The notes under the pieces were generated by a model that saw nothing but the letters and a program-made list of their open reading frames with translations, did not search any database and was not told where the DNA came from. A program made the position numbers and the translations under genes. From Octopus bimaculoides (Eukaryota): a stretch of 64,000 nt of DNA. Below, one piece after another: positions 1 to 12,215 of the stretch. The stretch covers positions 118,106,768 through 118,170,767 of the forward strand of contig NC_068984.1 in the NCBI RefSeq assembly GCF_001194135.2, read 5' to 3'. The first letter of the stretch is position 1. Every line of letters starts with the position of its first letter.

Positions 1-47
<47 letters not shown>

Positions 48-206
48 CATATACATAACCCTACTAATTCGACATTAAAAATATCTTATTGTATTTTTAT
101 AATTAATATTATTATTAGGAGATGTATAAAAGAAATTGTTAAAATATTTTGTGCATCGTTGAAGGATAGCCAATTTATTGCACATATATTTTATCTGTGA
201 AATCTT

Positions 207-292
207 ATATGGACTCCACAAGGGCCATATGGACCCCTAAGGGTCATATGGATTTCGTCAAGGGCCATATGGACCCTGGTTGAGAATTACTA
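207..292. mobile_element. Right end of a hAT-like non-autonomous element (subterminal CATATGGA repeats plus TIR-like end)
   Basis: Four spaced (C/T)ATATGGA units, then GGACCCTGGTTGAGAATTACT, which resembles the reverse complement of a hAT/Charlie-type CAGTGGTTCTCAACC terminus. No left end or TSD seen. Confidence 0.4.
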
Positions 293-641
293 TCTTTATA
301 AATTCATAAATTTCTTTATAATGTAAGGTATATTTCATATAGCAATTTAGACCTTCGCTACATGTCACAACGTCAAACCGAGCCAATGAGAAGGTTCTTT
401 TACGACAGTGGTCTTCAACTACTTTTATCCTATTAATTATTGTTTTACTTGAGTGGACCCTGAGAGCCATTCGAGCATCCACAGTAAAAATAAAAAGTTA
501 CTTGGAACTGCAAGAATCCTACGCAGAGTTCTTGAAATGAAAGTGAATAATGTTACTTAGTCCACTGGTTGATACTTTGTTACATTCGCCAACGAAGTTG
601 TTGTGTTAAACAAGATAACGATTATTATAATTCTTTCTATC

Positions 642-941
642 TGAACTCAGAACATAAGGCCAAAAGAAATTACTCTAAGCATTTCGTCCATGGTGCTAAC
701 GATACTGCCAGCTCATGCCCTTGAAAAACAAATGGTTTCAAATTTTGAGACAAGGCCAGCTATTTAGGGTGGGGTGGAGGATAGTCGGTTTCATCGACCC
801 CAGTTACTCAACTGGTACTTATTTCATCGACCTCGAAAGGATGAACGGCAAAGTTGAGCTCGGCGGAATTTGGACCCAAAAACGTAAAGACGGACGAAAT
901 GCCGCTAAGATTTTCCCTGGCTTGCTTACGATTCTGAGCCA
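642..941 (-). mobile_element. SINE family A: head fragment plus an A2-tailed copy
   Basis: Reverse complement matches the A head (CTGGCAG(T/A)ATCGTTAGCAC...AAATGCTTAG), the central GTTCAAATTCCGCCGAG-like and CTTTCGAGGTCGATGAAATAAGTACCAG module, and the GGCCTTGT..CAAAATTTGAAACCA tail of other copies in the window. Confidence 0.8.
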
Positions 942-1488
942 CAGTAGAGAAGAGGATGAATGCGAAAATTTTGAGAACGACATTCCAAAGATATTTTAAC
1001 TGTGAGTTTCAAATGTAGAAATTTCATGATAATTAACTTTATACATTTTATCGATATTTGAATGATGAAGTTGTAACTGGTATCAACAAGGTCTGAGAAG
1101 AAAGACGTGTGCTTTCAGATTTTTACCGACAACTATTGATGTGAATAAAGGTGGAGAGAAAAGGCTTCATGTCTGTTGTCCACCGACCTACAACCTTTCA
1201 AGATCATTAACTTCGATTAATATTGATCAATTTTTTATAACGGTACATGGTCAATTATTGCATGAGAAGAAGAGTAGAACCGATTGGATCGACTCTGGTG
1301 TATTGACTTCTTAGTCTCAAGTTAGTAGTGTGGCGTAAGTTGTTCATTTTCTGGTGAAACTGAGTCCGTAATCAAGGTTTGATTCTCTGTATAAGTAGCT
1401 TATACTGGAAACTAATGGACATTAAACGAAATAAATTAAATAACCAGTTGAAGTTAATTTATTTCGTTTAATGCTCAAGGCATTAATA

Positions 1489-1890
1489 GGTGCAGGCATG
1501 GCTGTGTGTTTAAGAAGCTCACGTTGCAACCGCCTGATTTCGGGTTCAGTCTCACTGCGTGGAACCTTGGGCAAGTGGCTTCTACCATAACTCTGAGCTG
1601 CACAATGTTTGTGAGTGAATTTAGCCGACAGAAACTGTGTGGAAGCCCGTCGTATGTGTGTTTGTGTGTGTGTGTCTTCGTGTTTGTATTTGTTCATTTG
1701 ACTCATCATTTGGAAACCTGTATTTGTTATTTTTATATCCCCGTAACTTAGCAGTTTAGTACAAGAAGTCGATTCAATATGTTCCAAATATAATTAGTGG
1801 GGTCGATTTGTTTGACTAAACATTTCAAGGCAGTGCTCCAGCCTGACCGCGGTTCAATGACTAGAATAAGTAAACGCAAAAGATAAGTAA
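1489..1890 (+). mobile_element. SINE family B, near full length (tRNA-like head, CORE-like segment, internal (GT)n, LINE-derived tail)
   Basis: GGTGCAGGCATGGCTGTGTG head, ACCTTGGGCAAGTGGCTTCTAC CORE-like motif, CCCCGTAACTTAGC, GGGGTCGATTTGTTTGACTA, AGGCAGTGCTCCAGC tail. Homologous to about 10 other copies in the window. Confidence 0.85.
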
Positions 1891-2174
1891 ATAAATAAAA
1901 ATAGGAATAACATGAACGTCACAACTCGCATTCATTAAATTCTTGATATCAATGGTATTATACATTACTGATGGATGAAAGTCAAAAGACTTCACTAATG
2001 CCCTCTGAGCAACATCATACTGTGTCCAGTGTAAAAGTATTTAATCCTTCACCCCACAAATGGCTTACTTGATTGGCTGTAGATAGTACCACTGTGCAGC
2101 AAAATTCCTCGCTGTCAAACTAATGTTTCATTGCCTCGTAGTACTTAGATTTAAATATCTCGTGGATACATACG

Positions 2175-2233
<59 letters not shown>

Positions 2234-2303
2234 TCGCCCTACCATCGCATGACAACAAAGATAGTATCCTTCCAGAGGAATATGGTAGCAAAATTGTTCA
2301 AAC

Positions 2304-2446
2304 CAGGTATGGGAAACCTTTTACGAGAAGTGGGCCGCATAAGACATAATTCATCATCTGACAGGCTGCACTTCTAAATACGTCAAAGTAATTTTCTCTT
2401 TGGCGTGCTATTCAGAGAGTCGTGCGGGCCGCAGCTTGTCCATGAC
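2304..2446. mobile_element. Short hAT/Charlie-like MITE
   Basis: Left end CAGGTATGGGAAACCTTT, right end GCGGGCCGCAGCTTGTCCATGAC and internal GGGCCGC motifs resemble hAT MITE termini. TSD not resolved. Confidence 0.45.
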
Positions 2447-2770
2447 AAAACTGGGCGTGGTGAGCAGGAAGTTAAAACACAAAGCAATGGGAATGCTTCT
2501 AACGTAGATTTAGTCTTTGGTACGTTTTCAGTGAAAGGGAGAGAAAGAAAGAAAGACAGAGAGACAGACAGACAGAGACTGAAATACTGATTGATACTAG
2601 CCTTGTTTACAGCTAACCCATTTCCCTTGACAAATATACACCCTGACTGACCGACCAATAACCGACCGATAACCAAACAGCAGACGCTTCTTGGTGCCTT
2701 TATGTTAGCAAGCTTAAGGGTAGTGATGCACGAGTGCGTTTACATTTCCTTGTATGTGTGTGCGTGTGTT

Positions 2771-2774
<4 letters not shown>

Positions 2775-2860
<86 letters not shown>
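2775..2860. repeat. (GT)n microsatellite
   Basis: Pure GT run of about 85 bp, representative of dozens of (GT)n, (AT)n, (GA)n, (GATA)n and (GACA)n runs in the window. Confidence 0.99.
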
Positions 2861-2862
<2 letters not shown>

Positions 2863-3815
2863 TGTCTGTCTGTCTGCGAGTGTACGTGTGCTTGTGATAA
2901 GCCGGTTGCTATGGTTGCACAGCCCTATTTCTAGTAGACACGCACACACGTGTATAAGTATGAAGGGTTTTACGTATATGATAAGCAAGCTAAGTTTGCT
3001 AGCACGCGTTTCCGTTTTAAGTTAGCTTGTTGCGTGCGTGTTATGCGTGCGTGGTGCGTGGATGCATGCGTACGCGAGCCTGTCTGCGAGCGTATGCGTG
3101 TGTGCAAGTTTTTTGAATGTTTGTATGTATGTATGTATGTATGTCGGTGTGTGTGTACGTACGTATGCATGTATTAATGTATGTACGTATGCATGCATGT
3201 ATGTATGTCATTATTCAGTTTTATTTCAAATTCCCTTGCCCATTGGCAAGAGAAAACGTCGGCTTCCAAACTACATCTAAGACCTCATCACTGGAATTTC
3301 AACATCAACAGGGTATTTTTGCATATATATGTGCATATATGCAGTATTTGAAGTCAATGCATGTGCAAATTTGTATGTCTTGTTTTATGTATGCATTCTC
3401 ATGCATACAGTTGCATGTCCAGACATGTATGTATGTTATCAATCAGTTTCATTTCTGTATTTCTTGTCCATAGAGAAAGAGCCGGACTCTAACATAGATT
3501 CAAGGCTCCTTCATTGGAACTTTTATCAACATCATCTAGGTATTTGTGCATGTGTGTGTGTGCAGTATTTGGTGTTAGTGTATGCGCAATATTTTCATGT
3601 CTAGATGCATGCATATGTATTTATGTGCTAAATTTTTGGAAAGTTTTACATATCTTTACAGTTCCATTGATGGCTTGAATCTGTAGTCTCCTAATCAGCT
3701 TCTGTATGTATGTATGTATTTACATAAGCTTGTTGGTAGGGTAGGAAACCAAGTTGGCAGCGTCATTGATCTAATTAGATCGAAAGAGGACACAAATGAC
3801 TGGGTGGTTAATAGT

Positions 3816-3886
3816 TCTTGACCCTAGATGAAACGCGTGCCGATTAGGAAAACCTGATCGGCACTGCGTTCCATTTAGAGTCAAGA
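3816..3886. other. About 33-bp-stem inverted repeat (hairpin) with a 4-nt loop
   Basis: Left arm TCTTGACCCTAGATGAAACGCGTGCCGATTAGG, loop AAAA, right arm CCTGATCGGCACTGCGTTCCATTTAGAGTCAAGA. Four non-Watson-Crick positions and one bulge. Confidence 0.9.
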
Positions 3887-4367
3887 GTCGGATCTCCCAA
3901 CGGCCCAGCCCCACTGAACTAGGGGATAAATAGGTGGAAACAATGAGAGCATAGTGAATTTAGTTGACGGTGCCAACACGAGCCACTACTACCATCACCA
4001 CTAACACCACCATCACCACATCAATGCAAACTGGAAAATCTGTATGTTACCTCATGTGATACGATAGAGATGAAATTAAAAATATATAATAATTTAATGT
4101 TCCATTTTGCATAGCGTGTTAAAAAAATTGTGTATTATTTCAAAGTTTGAAAATTTAGAGAAAAATATACATAAAAACATTAAACAGCCATATTGATGTG
4201 GTGATTAAATTTACTTGTTAGAGTAGTTACAACTTTTATCTCTTATTGAAACATTACAACTAGCTACTTTGCTTGTTGCAAATCAGTAACCGATAGTCGC
4301 TTTGTATTCTAACTATTGCTTACTGGAGAGGACTCGGGTCATGTCTCCAGCGACCGGGTGTTCGCCA

Positions 4368-4404
4368 CTGAGGATGAGCAAACTAGCTCGAAACCGAGTC
4401 GGTC
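4368..4404 (+). ncRNA. Minimal type I hammerhead-like motif (Penelope pseudo-LTR style)
   Basis: CTGAGGA-T-GAGC(AAACTA)GCTC-GAAA-CCGA(G)TCGG-TC: catalytic core, 4-bp stem II, near-palindromic stem III and GTC triplet. Stem I pairing is poor. Confidence 0.55.
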
Positions 4405-4689
4405 TCGTTATCCCGTTGTCTGTTGGAAGGTGGTAAGGGTTCGCTCTTCTGCTTGCAATATATATATACAGGGTGCAGGCTGCACCTATAGCCATCTGGC
4501 GGAAGATCTGTCTGGGCTTAAAATAGTAGTAAGGTTGACAGCCATATTGATGTGGCGATTAAATTTACTAATTAGTATAGTTACTACGCTAATTGAAATT
4601 TTACAACTAACTAATTTGCTAATATTTATTGTATATCTTGTCTTCTTAATCGTATGAGGGTGTTGCAATTATGAAAGTGAATTTTATTG

Positions 4690-4975
4690 ATTATACATGT
4701 GTAACAACAATGAATAAAATGAGTTATCAATCATACTTGCGTGTAACAATTGTGCATCACATGTTATATCAATCATACGTAAGAATGACAATTATGAATA
4801 ACATGAGCTTCAGTCATACTAGTGATTAACGATTATGAATAACGTGATTTATCAATAATATTTGTGAATAGCGATTATATATAACGTTTTTTTTGTTTTC
4901 ATGAATCATATTTGGGTATAATGACTATGAATAATGTACTGTATCAATCATACTGGTAAATAACAAGTGAATCAC
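4690..4975. repeat. Degenerate minisatellite, unit about 40-45 bp
   Basis: Recurrent AACAATTATGAATAAC...TATCAATCATAC units, about 6-7 diverged copies. Confidence 0.7.
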
Positions 4976-5916
4976 CGGTTCTTGTCTTATTTGTAAAAAC
5001 CAGTTATAAACGCCTCACTGNNNNNNNNNNNNNNNNNNNNNNNNNNNNNNNNNNNNNNNNNNNNNNNNNNNNNNNNNNNNNNNNNNNNNNNNNNNNNNNN
5101 NNNNNNNNNNNNNNNNNNNNNNNNNNNNNNNNNNNNNNNNNNNNNNNNNNNNNNNNNNNNNNNNNNNNNNNNNNNNNNNNNNNNNNNNNNNNNNNNNNNN
5201 NNNNNNNNNNNNNNNNNNNNNNNNNNNNNNNNNNNNNNNNNNNNNNNNNNNNNNNNNNNNNNNNNNNNNNNNNNNNNNNNNNNNNNNNNNNNNNNNNNNN
5301 NNNNNNNNNNNNNNNNNNNNNNNNNNNNNNNNNNNNNNNNNNNNNNNNNNNNNNNNNNNNNNNNNNNNNNNNNNNNNNNNNNNNNNNNNNNNNNNNNNNN
5401 NNNNNNNNNNNNNNNNNNNNNNNNNNNNNNNNNNNNNNNNNNNNNNNNNNNNNNNNNNNNNNNNNNNNNNNNNNNNNNNNNNNNNNNNNNNNNNNNNNNN
5501 NNNNNNNNNNNNNNNNNNNNNNNNNNNNNNNNNNNNNNNNNNNNNNNNNNNNNNNNNNNNNNNNNNNNNNNNNNNNNNNNNNNNNNNNNNNNNNNNNNNN
5601 NNNNNNNNNNNNNNNNNNNNNNNNNNNNNNNNNNNNNNNNNNNNNNNNNNNNNNNNNNNNNNNNNNNNNNNNNNNNNNNNNNNNNNNNNNNNNNNNNNNN
5701 NNNNNNNNNNNNNNNNNNNNNNNNNNNNNNNNNNNNNNNNNNNNNNNNNNNNNNNNNNNNNNNNNNNNNNNNNNNNNNNNNNNNNNNNNNNNNNNNNNNN
5801 NNNNNNNNNNNNNNNNNNNNNNNNNNNNNNNNNNNNNNNNNNNNNNNNNNNNNNNNNNNNNNNNNNNNNNNNNNNNNNNNNNNNNNNNNNNNNNNNNNNN
5901 NNNNNNNNNNNNNNNN

Positions 5917-5971
<55 letters not shown>

Positions 5972-6669
5972 ACATATATATTTATCTTATATATATTCAT
6001 AAATGTATATATATGTGTATATGTGAGTGTGTATGTATGCATATATGTATGTAGTATATACATACATTAAGTGTATATCTGTATACGTGCATCCGTTGTA
6101 AAACGGTGAGGCGAGTAGTACCAAAAGAGGACTTGGCCATTCGAAAAGTAGAGTCTAACAAAATAATTGCAGAGTTCGATATGTTTGGCCAAAAGCCTTG
6201 GAGGCAATGTGCATTGACTGAAAATAGCAAACGATTAATGGAACATAGGGCATGTTTATTGATGTACTATATTAAAGAAGTATGTGTGCGTGTGTGTGTT
6301 TGTATACTTATGTATATATATATATGTATACATACATATATACGTGTATATGTATATATGGGTGATGTATCTTTATTGCTTATCGTTACTGTTTTTATAT
6401 GGCGTATAACTCAGCCGACATAAGACATGAATAGAAGTGGATTGCGTATTTAATATCCTGATAAATTGCTCTTAGTAGTCATCATATAGAAATAATGTAC
6501 TTGCTAGCTGCTATAGTTTAATGTTGTTATCACAGTAGATAGTTAAACTATCAATCAAGCAAATAAACGTGAGAATGAAAAGTTGGCCTATTTTGTGAGA
6601 TTGTTGGAGGCTTGTGGTGCACATAACCTCCACGCAAATTGTAAGCCGTAAAAAGTTACATTCATGTAG

Positions 6670-6705
<36 letters not shown>

Positions 6706-7589
6706 GAGAATTTACGAAAAAAACAACAACAGACGAGGACAGGTGGTGTAAACAACAAAAGGATGTATTAGTTTGACGCTCGGGAATATATANNNNNNNN
6801 NNNNNNNNNNNNNNNNNNNNNNNNNNNNNNNNNNNNNNNNNNNNNNNNNNNNNNNNNNNNNNNNNNNNNNNNNNNNNNNNNNNNNNNNNNNNNNNNNNNN
6901 NNNNNNNNNNNNNNNNNNNNNNNNNNNNNNNNNNNNNNNNNNNNNNNNNNNNNNNNNNNNNNNNNNNNNNNNNNNNNNNNNNNNNNNNNNNNNNNNNNNN
7001 NNNNNNNNNNNNNNNNNNNNNNNNNNNNNNNNNNNNNNNNNNNNNNNNNNNNNNNNNNNNNNNNNNNNNNNNNNNNNNNNNNNNNNNNNNNNNNNNNNNN
7101 NNNNNNNNNNNNNNNNNNNNNNNNNNNNNNNNNNNNNNNNNNNNNNNNNNNNNNNNNNNNNNNNNNNNNNNNNNNNNNNNNNNNNNNNNNNNNNNNNNNN
7201 NNNNNNNNNNNNNNNNNNNNNNNNNNNNNNNNNNNNNNNNNNNNNNNNNNNNNNNNNNNNNNNNNNNNNNNNNNNNNNNNNNNNNNNNNNNNNNNNNNNN
7301 NNNNNNNNNNNNNNNNNNNNNNNNNNNNNNNNNNNNNNNNNNNNNNNNNNNNNNNNNNNNNNNNNNNNNNNNNNNNNNNNNNNNNNNNNNNNNTTTTAGT
7401 CGAAAGAAACGACCTCAGAACTATTTCTTTGCTCTTTTTTTTTTCTTTTTTTTTTCAAGCCTGGTAGTTATTCTATAGGACACTTTTGCTGAACAGCTAA
7501 GTTACTGGGATGTAAACACACCAACACCGGTTGTCAAGCGGTCGTGACGAACAAATACAGGCACAGAGACATATATACGCGATATTCAT

Positions 7590-7813
7590 TTATTCTTTTA
7601 TTTGTTTCAGTCATTTGACTGCGGCCATGCTGGAACATCGCCTTTAGTCCAACAAATCGACCCCAGAACTTATTCATTGTAAGCCCAGTACTTATTCTAT
7701 CGGTCTATTTTTGCCGAACCGCTAAGTTACGGGAAGGTAAACGCACCAACATCAGTTGTCAAGTGATAGTAGAGCGACAAACACAAACACAAATAACAAA
7801 TACATGCATACAT

Positions 7814-7894
<81 letters not shown>

Positions 7895-8083
7895 TAGATA
7901 GATATAGATATAGATATATATCACGAGCTTCTTTCAGTTTCCGTCTACCAAATTCACTCAGAAAGCTTTGGTCGGTGCGAGGCTATAGTAGAAGACACTT
8001 GCCCAAGATGCCACGCAGTGGGACTGAACCCGGAACTATGTGATTAGGAAGCAAGCTTCTTACCACGCAGCCACTCCTGCACC
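7590..8083 (-). mobile_element. SINE family B, full length, internal (GACA)n/(GATA)n
   Basis: All B modules present on the minus strand. Partial B copies flank it at about 7395-7570 and 8097-8255. Confidence 0.9.
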
Positions 8084-8292
8084 TTATATATCTATAAGGT
8101 GGGCTTCTTTCAGTTTCCATCAACCAGCATCGTTTAGACTTGGTCAGCCTGGGATTATAGTAGAAGAGACTTACCCAAGGTGCTATGCAGTGGGATTGAA
8201 CCCTGGACTACGTGGCTAGGAAGCAAGCTTCATACCACACAACCGTACCTGAGTCTATTTATTATGTTATATGTGCGGGTGTAGAAAGAGAT

Positions 8293-8341
<49 letters not shown>

Positions 8342-8771
8342 GAGAGAGAAACAGAGAGAGAAACAGAGAGAGAGGGAGAGAGTGCTTGTAATGGAAACAA
8401 TGTAGAGAAAGCATGTGTATACATGCGTGCATGTGTGAATGTATACGTGTATGTGAACGTGCGTGTATGCGTGTGTGAAGATGTGTGTGAGTGCGTGCGT
8501 GCTTACGTGTGTGAGCGCGCTTACTTTGTATTATAGAAAGTGAGAAAAAGAAGGTGAGATGATGCATAGAAGAATGAAGAAGCGAAAGAATGCAATGAGA
8601 AAGAGTATAGCAAAAAGTAAAAGAATCGAAGAAAAAAGTGAATATAATCGAACATGCACTGGCACGCACACACACACACACACACACAGATGCACGCACA
8701 CAGAATGGGGGGATATACAGTGATGAGGGATTGATTAAATGAAGAGCAATTGAGCGTTAATAATCGGTAAT

Positions 8772-8975
8772 TTAGGCACAAGGCCAATAATTTTGATGGA
8801 AGATTGATTCAACCGACTTCAATATCTGACTGGTATTATATTTTATTGACTCCCGAGTGATAAAAGACAAAGTTGACTTCGGTGGGGTTTCATGTCAGAA
8901 CGTAAAGAACCGGAATAAATGCAGTAAGTTATTTTATCCGATGCTCCAATGATTCAGGCGATTCGCCGTCCTTGA
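8772..8975 (-). mobile_element. SINE family A2, old copy
   Basis: Plus strand reads AGGCACAAGGCC...ACTGGTATT...ATTGACTCCCGAGTGATAAAAGACAAAGTTGACTTCGG...CAGAACGTAAAG, the reverse of the A2 layout. Confidence 0.7.
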
Positions 8976-9436
8976 AAATATGTAATTGCTGTGACCAATC
9001 TGAGCAGATAGCCAACAATTGTAAAGGGAGTTCTGTTAGAGGATACGATCCAGTACTTGACTGCTGCATTATTCCACTAACCAAGGAGAGTTGCACTTGG
9101 TAAGATTCGAACTCAAATTGTTGCCGATTTGGGTAAAGGAACAAGCAATTTTGAGGAGAGTAGGTTTAATCTAGTCCAAACCATCAACCACAGTCCTTGA
9201 GCGGTTCTTTATTTTAATGATTCTAGAGTGAAGACAGACCAAGTTGAATTAGGCAGGAAGGCAGACAGACAGACAGACACAGACAGATAGACACAGACAG
9301 ACAGACAGATAGACACAGACAGACAGACAGATAGACACAGACAGACAGACAGATAGACACAGACAGACAGACAGATAGACACAGACAGACAGACAGATAG
9401 ATAGATATCGCCTTCAAATTGAATGCAATAACATTT

Positions 9437-9650
9437 GTCTCTCTTTCAGGCACTAGACCAGTAATTTCGAGGGGACGAGCTTAATCGACACCGTCGATCC
9501 ATGTACTTGACTAGTACATTATTGCGTCGACCCTGGAAGGATAAAAAGCAAAGTTGACCGTGGCAGGATTTGAACTCAAAACATAATATGCCGGAACGAA
9601 TACCGCAGAAAATTTCCTCCGATGCTATAACGATTCTGCCATTCTTCTCC
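9437..9650 (-). mobile_element. SINE family A2, old copy
   Basis: Reverse-oriented A central module (GTCGACCCTGGAAGGATAAAAAGCAAAGTTGACC...TTTGAACTC) and head. Confidence 0.75.
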
Positions 9651-10637
9651 CGTTGGGCTGAATGAAATAATACTCCTGTAGTTAAATAGCAGCTAAACGT
9701 AATGACCTTGACTCTTTTTAACCATACCAGTAATATAGGTGGATGATTTTGACATAAATACACGAGAGAATGGGAGAGTGGGAAAGAGATGTATGCTTTT
9801 TTTTTTTATCAAAACACGACTGTGTTATAGTTCTCTCTTTTTCATCGAGATTTTTTACATATTTCCAGTGGAGTTACGTGCAGTTTATAGTAAAGTACCT
9901 ATATCCACCATCATCAACGTTTCACAGTCACGTCTTCAGAACGAAGTATAGTTAGCGTGTATTGCAGCCTGTCTGTAGCAGGTAGAGTCAGTGTGGTTTA
10001 ATGCAAACATTTTCGCCGGAGCTTAAATTTTAAGCGTTGGATTCATATATCATCATTCACATGTTTATTTTCGTTTGTGGTCCGTATGTACGCGGCTTTT
10101 GCGTTTATTTCCTAACCATGCCGTGTTATATACGTCCATGCATGCATGCATACATACACACATAAATACGTAGGTATACGCACACATATACATACACACA
10201 ATCAGTACGCAGACATGTACATACATAATTTCGTCAAGCAGTGGATCGACAATTGCTGGCACCAACATGTGCCCCCCCCCCCGCATACACACGCGCATAC
10301 ACACAGCATTCACTGTCGAATGAGAGTGTTCGCACATTCATAACCACATACATGCATACATAGCAACATACGTACATATATACGTACATATTCACATATG
10401 TACATACATATTCACATATGTACATACATATTCATGCATGCACACACACACACACAATGTATATATATACACCCATAGATAAATACATACATATACATAT
10501 ATATACACACATATACGCGCATATGTTGCTGTTGTAGTTGTCAGCTTGATGGAAGTATACATACACATATATACACACACATTTACAAACTCACACTCGC
10601 ACACACACATGCACACATGCTCACGACTAGATGGATG

Positions 10638-10702
<65 letters not shown>

Positions 10703-11228
10703 AGCTATATAGATAGAAAGATAGATAGATACATAGATAGATAGACAATGTGTTCATGTGTGCGTGCACGTATGTGCGTGCACGTATGTGCGTGCACGTA
10801 TGTGCGTGAGTGCGTGTGCGTGTATATGTATGTGCAAGAGGAGAAGAAAAGAGAGAGAGAGATTGAGTTATTTGAGAAATGGAGAAGTACAACGTGTAAG
10901 GATAGCGTGGTGGTGGTGGGGTGGTGGTGTCAGAAGAAGGAAAACGAGTGTGTGGGAGTGGCAGAGTAAAGAGACAAGAACTTGTAATGGGAACATTGCC
11001 AGCTGACAGACGCCTGATGCTACACGTGCCAGCTTGGAGGCAAGGTGAGAGAGTGTGTGTGTGTGTATGTGTGGACGGTGAGTGTGAATATATATACAGG
11101 CAGTGAGAGAGAGTAGGAGAGAACGATTAGGACAGACATATAGAGGGATACAACGAGGGTGAAAGAGAAAGAGAGAGAGAGGGGTGAAAGTAAAGGGTAG
11201 AGTAAGAGAAGATAGGGATAGAGGGGAA

Positions 11229-11277
11229 ATGGCGTCTTTGCTGAAGAGAAGGGGAGTGCGCGTTGCAATTGAAACTG
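11229..11277 (+). CDS. Candidate first coding exon of an unidentified gene (MASLLKRRGVRVAIET, phase-1 donor)
   Basis: GAAATGGCG gives a purine at -3 and G at +4 plus a YY1-like core. Sixteen open codons, then CTG|GTAAGC consensus donor, followed by a CpG-rich patch. No homology recognised and no downstream exon confirmed. Confidence 0.3.
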
Positions 11278-11434
11278 GTAAGCGGTGCGGTGAGACATAA
11301 GTGAGACACGGACGGAGGCGCGTGCGTGTATCCGGGCGCGTGCGTGTATCCGGGCGCGTGTGCTTAAGCGTGCGCACACGCACGATCGGTGTCCATACTG
11401 TTCTGCGTGAAATAGACGTGTGTACGTGTGTGTT

Positions 11435-11465
<31 letters not shown>

Positions 11466-11502
11466 CTGTGAGCGTGTGCGTGTGTGCTTGCATGTGTTGT
11501 GC

Positions 11503-11542
<40 letters not shown>

Positions 11543-11707
11543 CTGTGAGCGTGTGTCTGTGTGCTTGCATGTGTTGTGCGTATGTGTGTGTGTGTATGTG
11601 TGTGTGTATTTGCGTTTTTATATCTAGTTGTACGCTTCCGTTCGAATGTTTGTATACTCGAGAATGCTTGCATACAACGTACACATTCTCTTACACACAT
11701 ACACACA

Positions 11708-11756
<49 letters not shown>

Positions 11757-11889
11757 ACACACACGAACACACACACATACATATATATTTGTATACTTGT
11801 ATACATATACATACAAAGATATATATATATATATATATTTATTTATAGACACACACGCATACCTATGCAATCTACATACCATGCGTGAA

Positions 11890-12215
11890 CGCGCGTGACT
11901 GAGTGGTTAGGGTATTTGGCCCAAGAGCGCAAGGTCGTGATTTCGAATCCCATCGGCACATTGTATCCTTAAACAAGATACTATTTAGTGTTCCTTCAAT
12001 CCACTCAGCTGACAGGAATGAGTTGTACTTTTATTTCAAAAAGGTCAGCCTTGTCTCATTCTGTGTCACGGTGAATCTCCATGAGAACTACTTTAAGGGT
12101 GTGCATGTCTGTGGAGTACTCGGCCATTACTTGCACATTAATTTCATGAGCAGGCTGTTTTGTTGACCGAAACAACTGGAACGTCGCTGTAACCGACGGA
12201 ATGCCAGTTTTTAAT
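11890..12215 (+). mobile_element. SINE family C, older copy
   Basis: TGACTGAGTGGTTAGGG A-box-like, GATTTCGAATCCC B-box-like, and body (GGTCAGCCTTGTC...CACGGTGAATCTCCATGAGAACTAC...CATGAGCAGGCTGTT) homologous to 28117-28506. Confidence 0.8.

Noticed and set aside
6085-6270. Protein-looking frame CIRCKTVRRVVPKEDLAIRK, faintly like ribosomal protein S26
   Set aside because: Similarity is limited to a few residues, there are no splice signals, and the frame runs into (TA)/(TG) repeats. More likely a decayed interspersed repeat.
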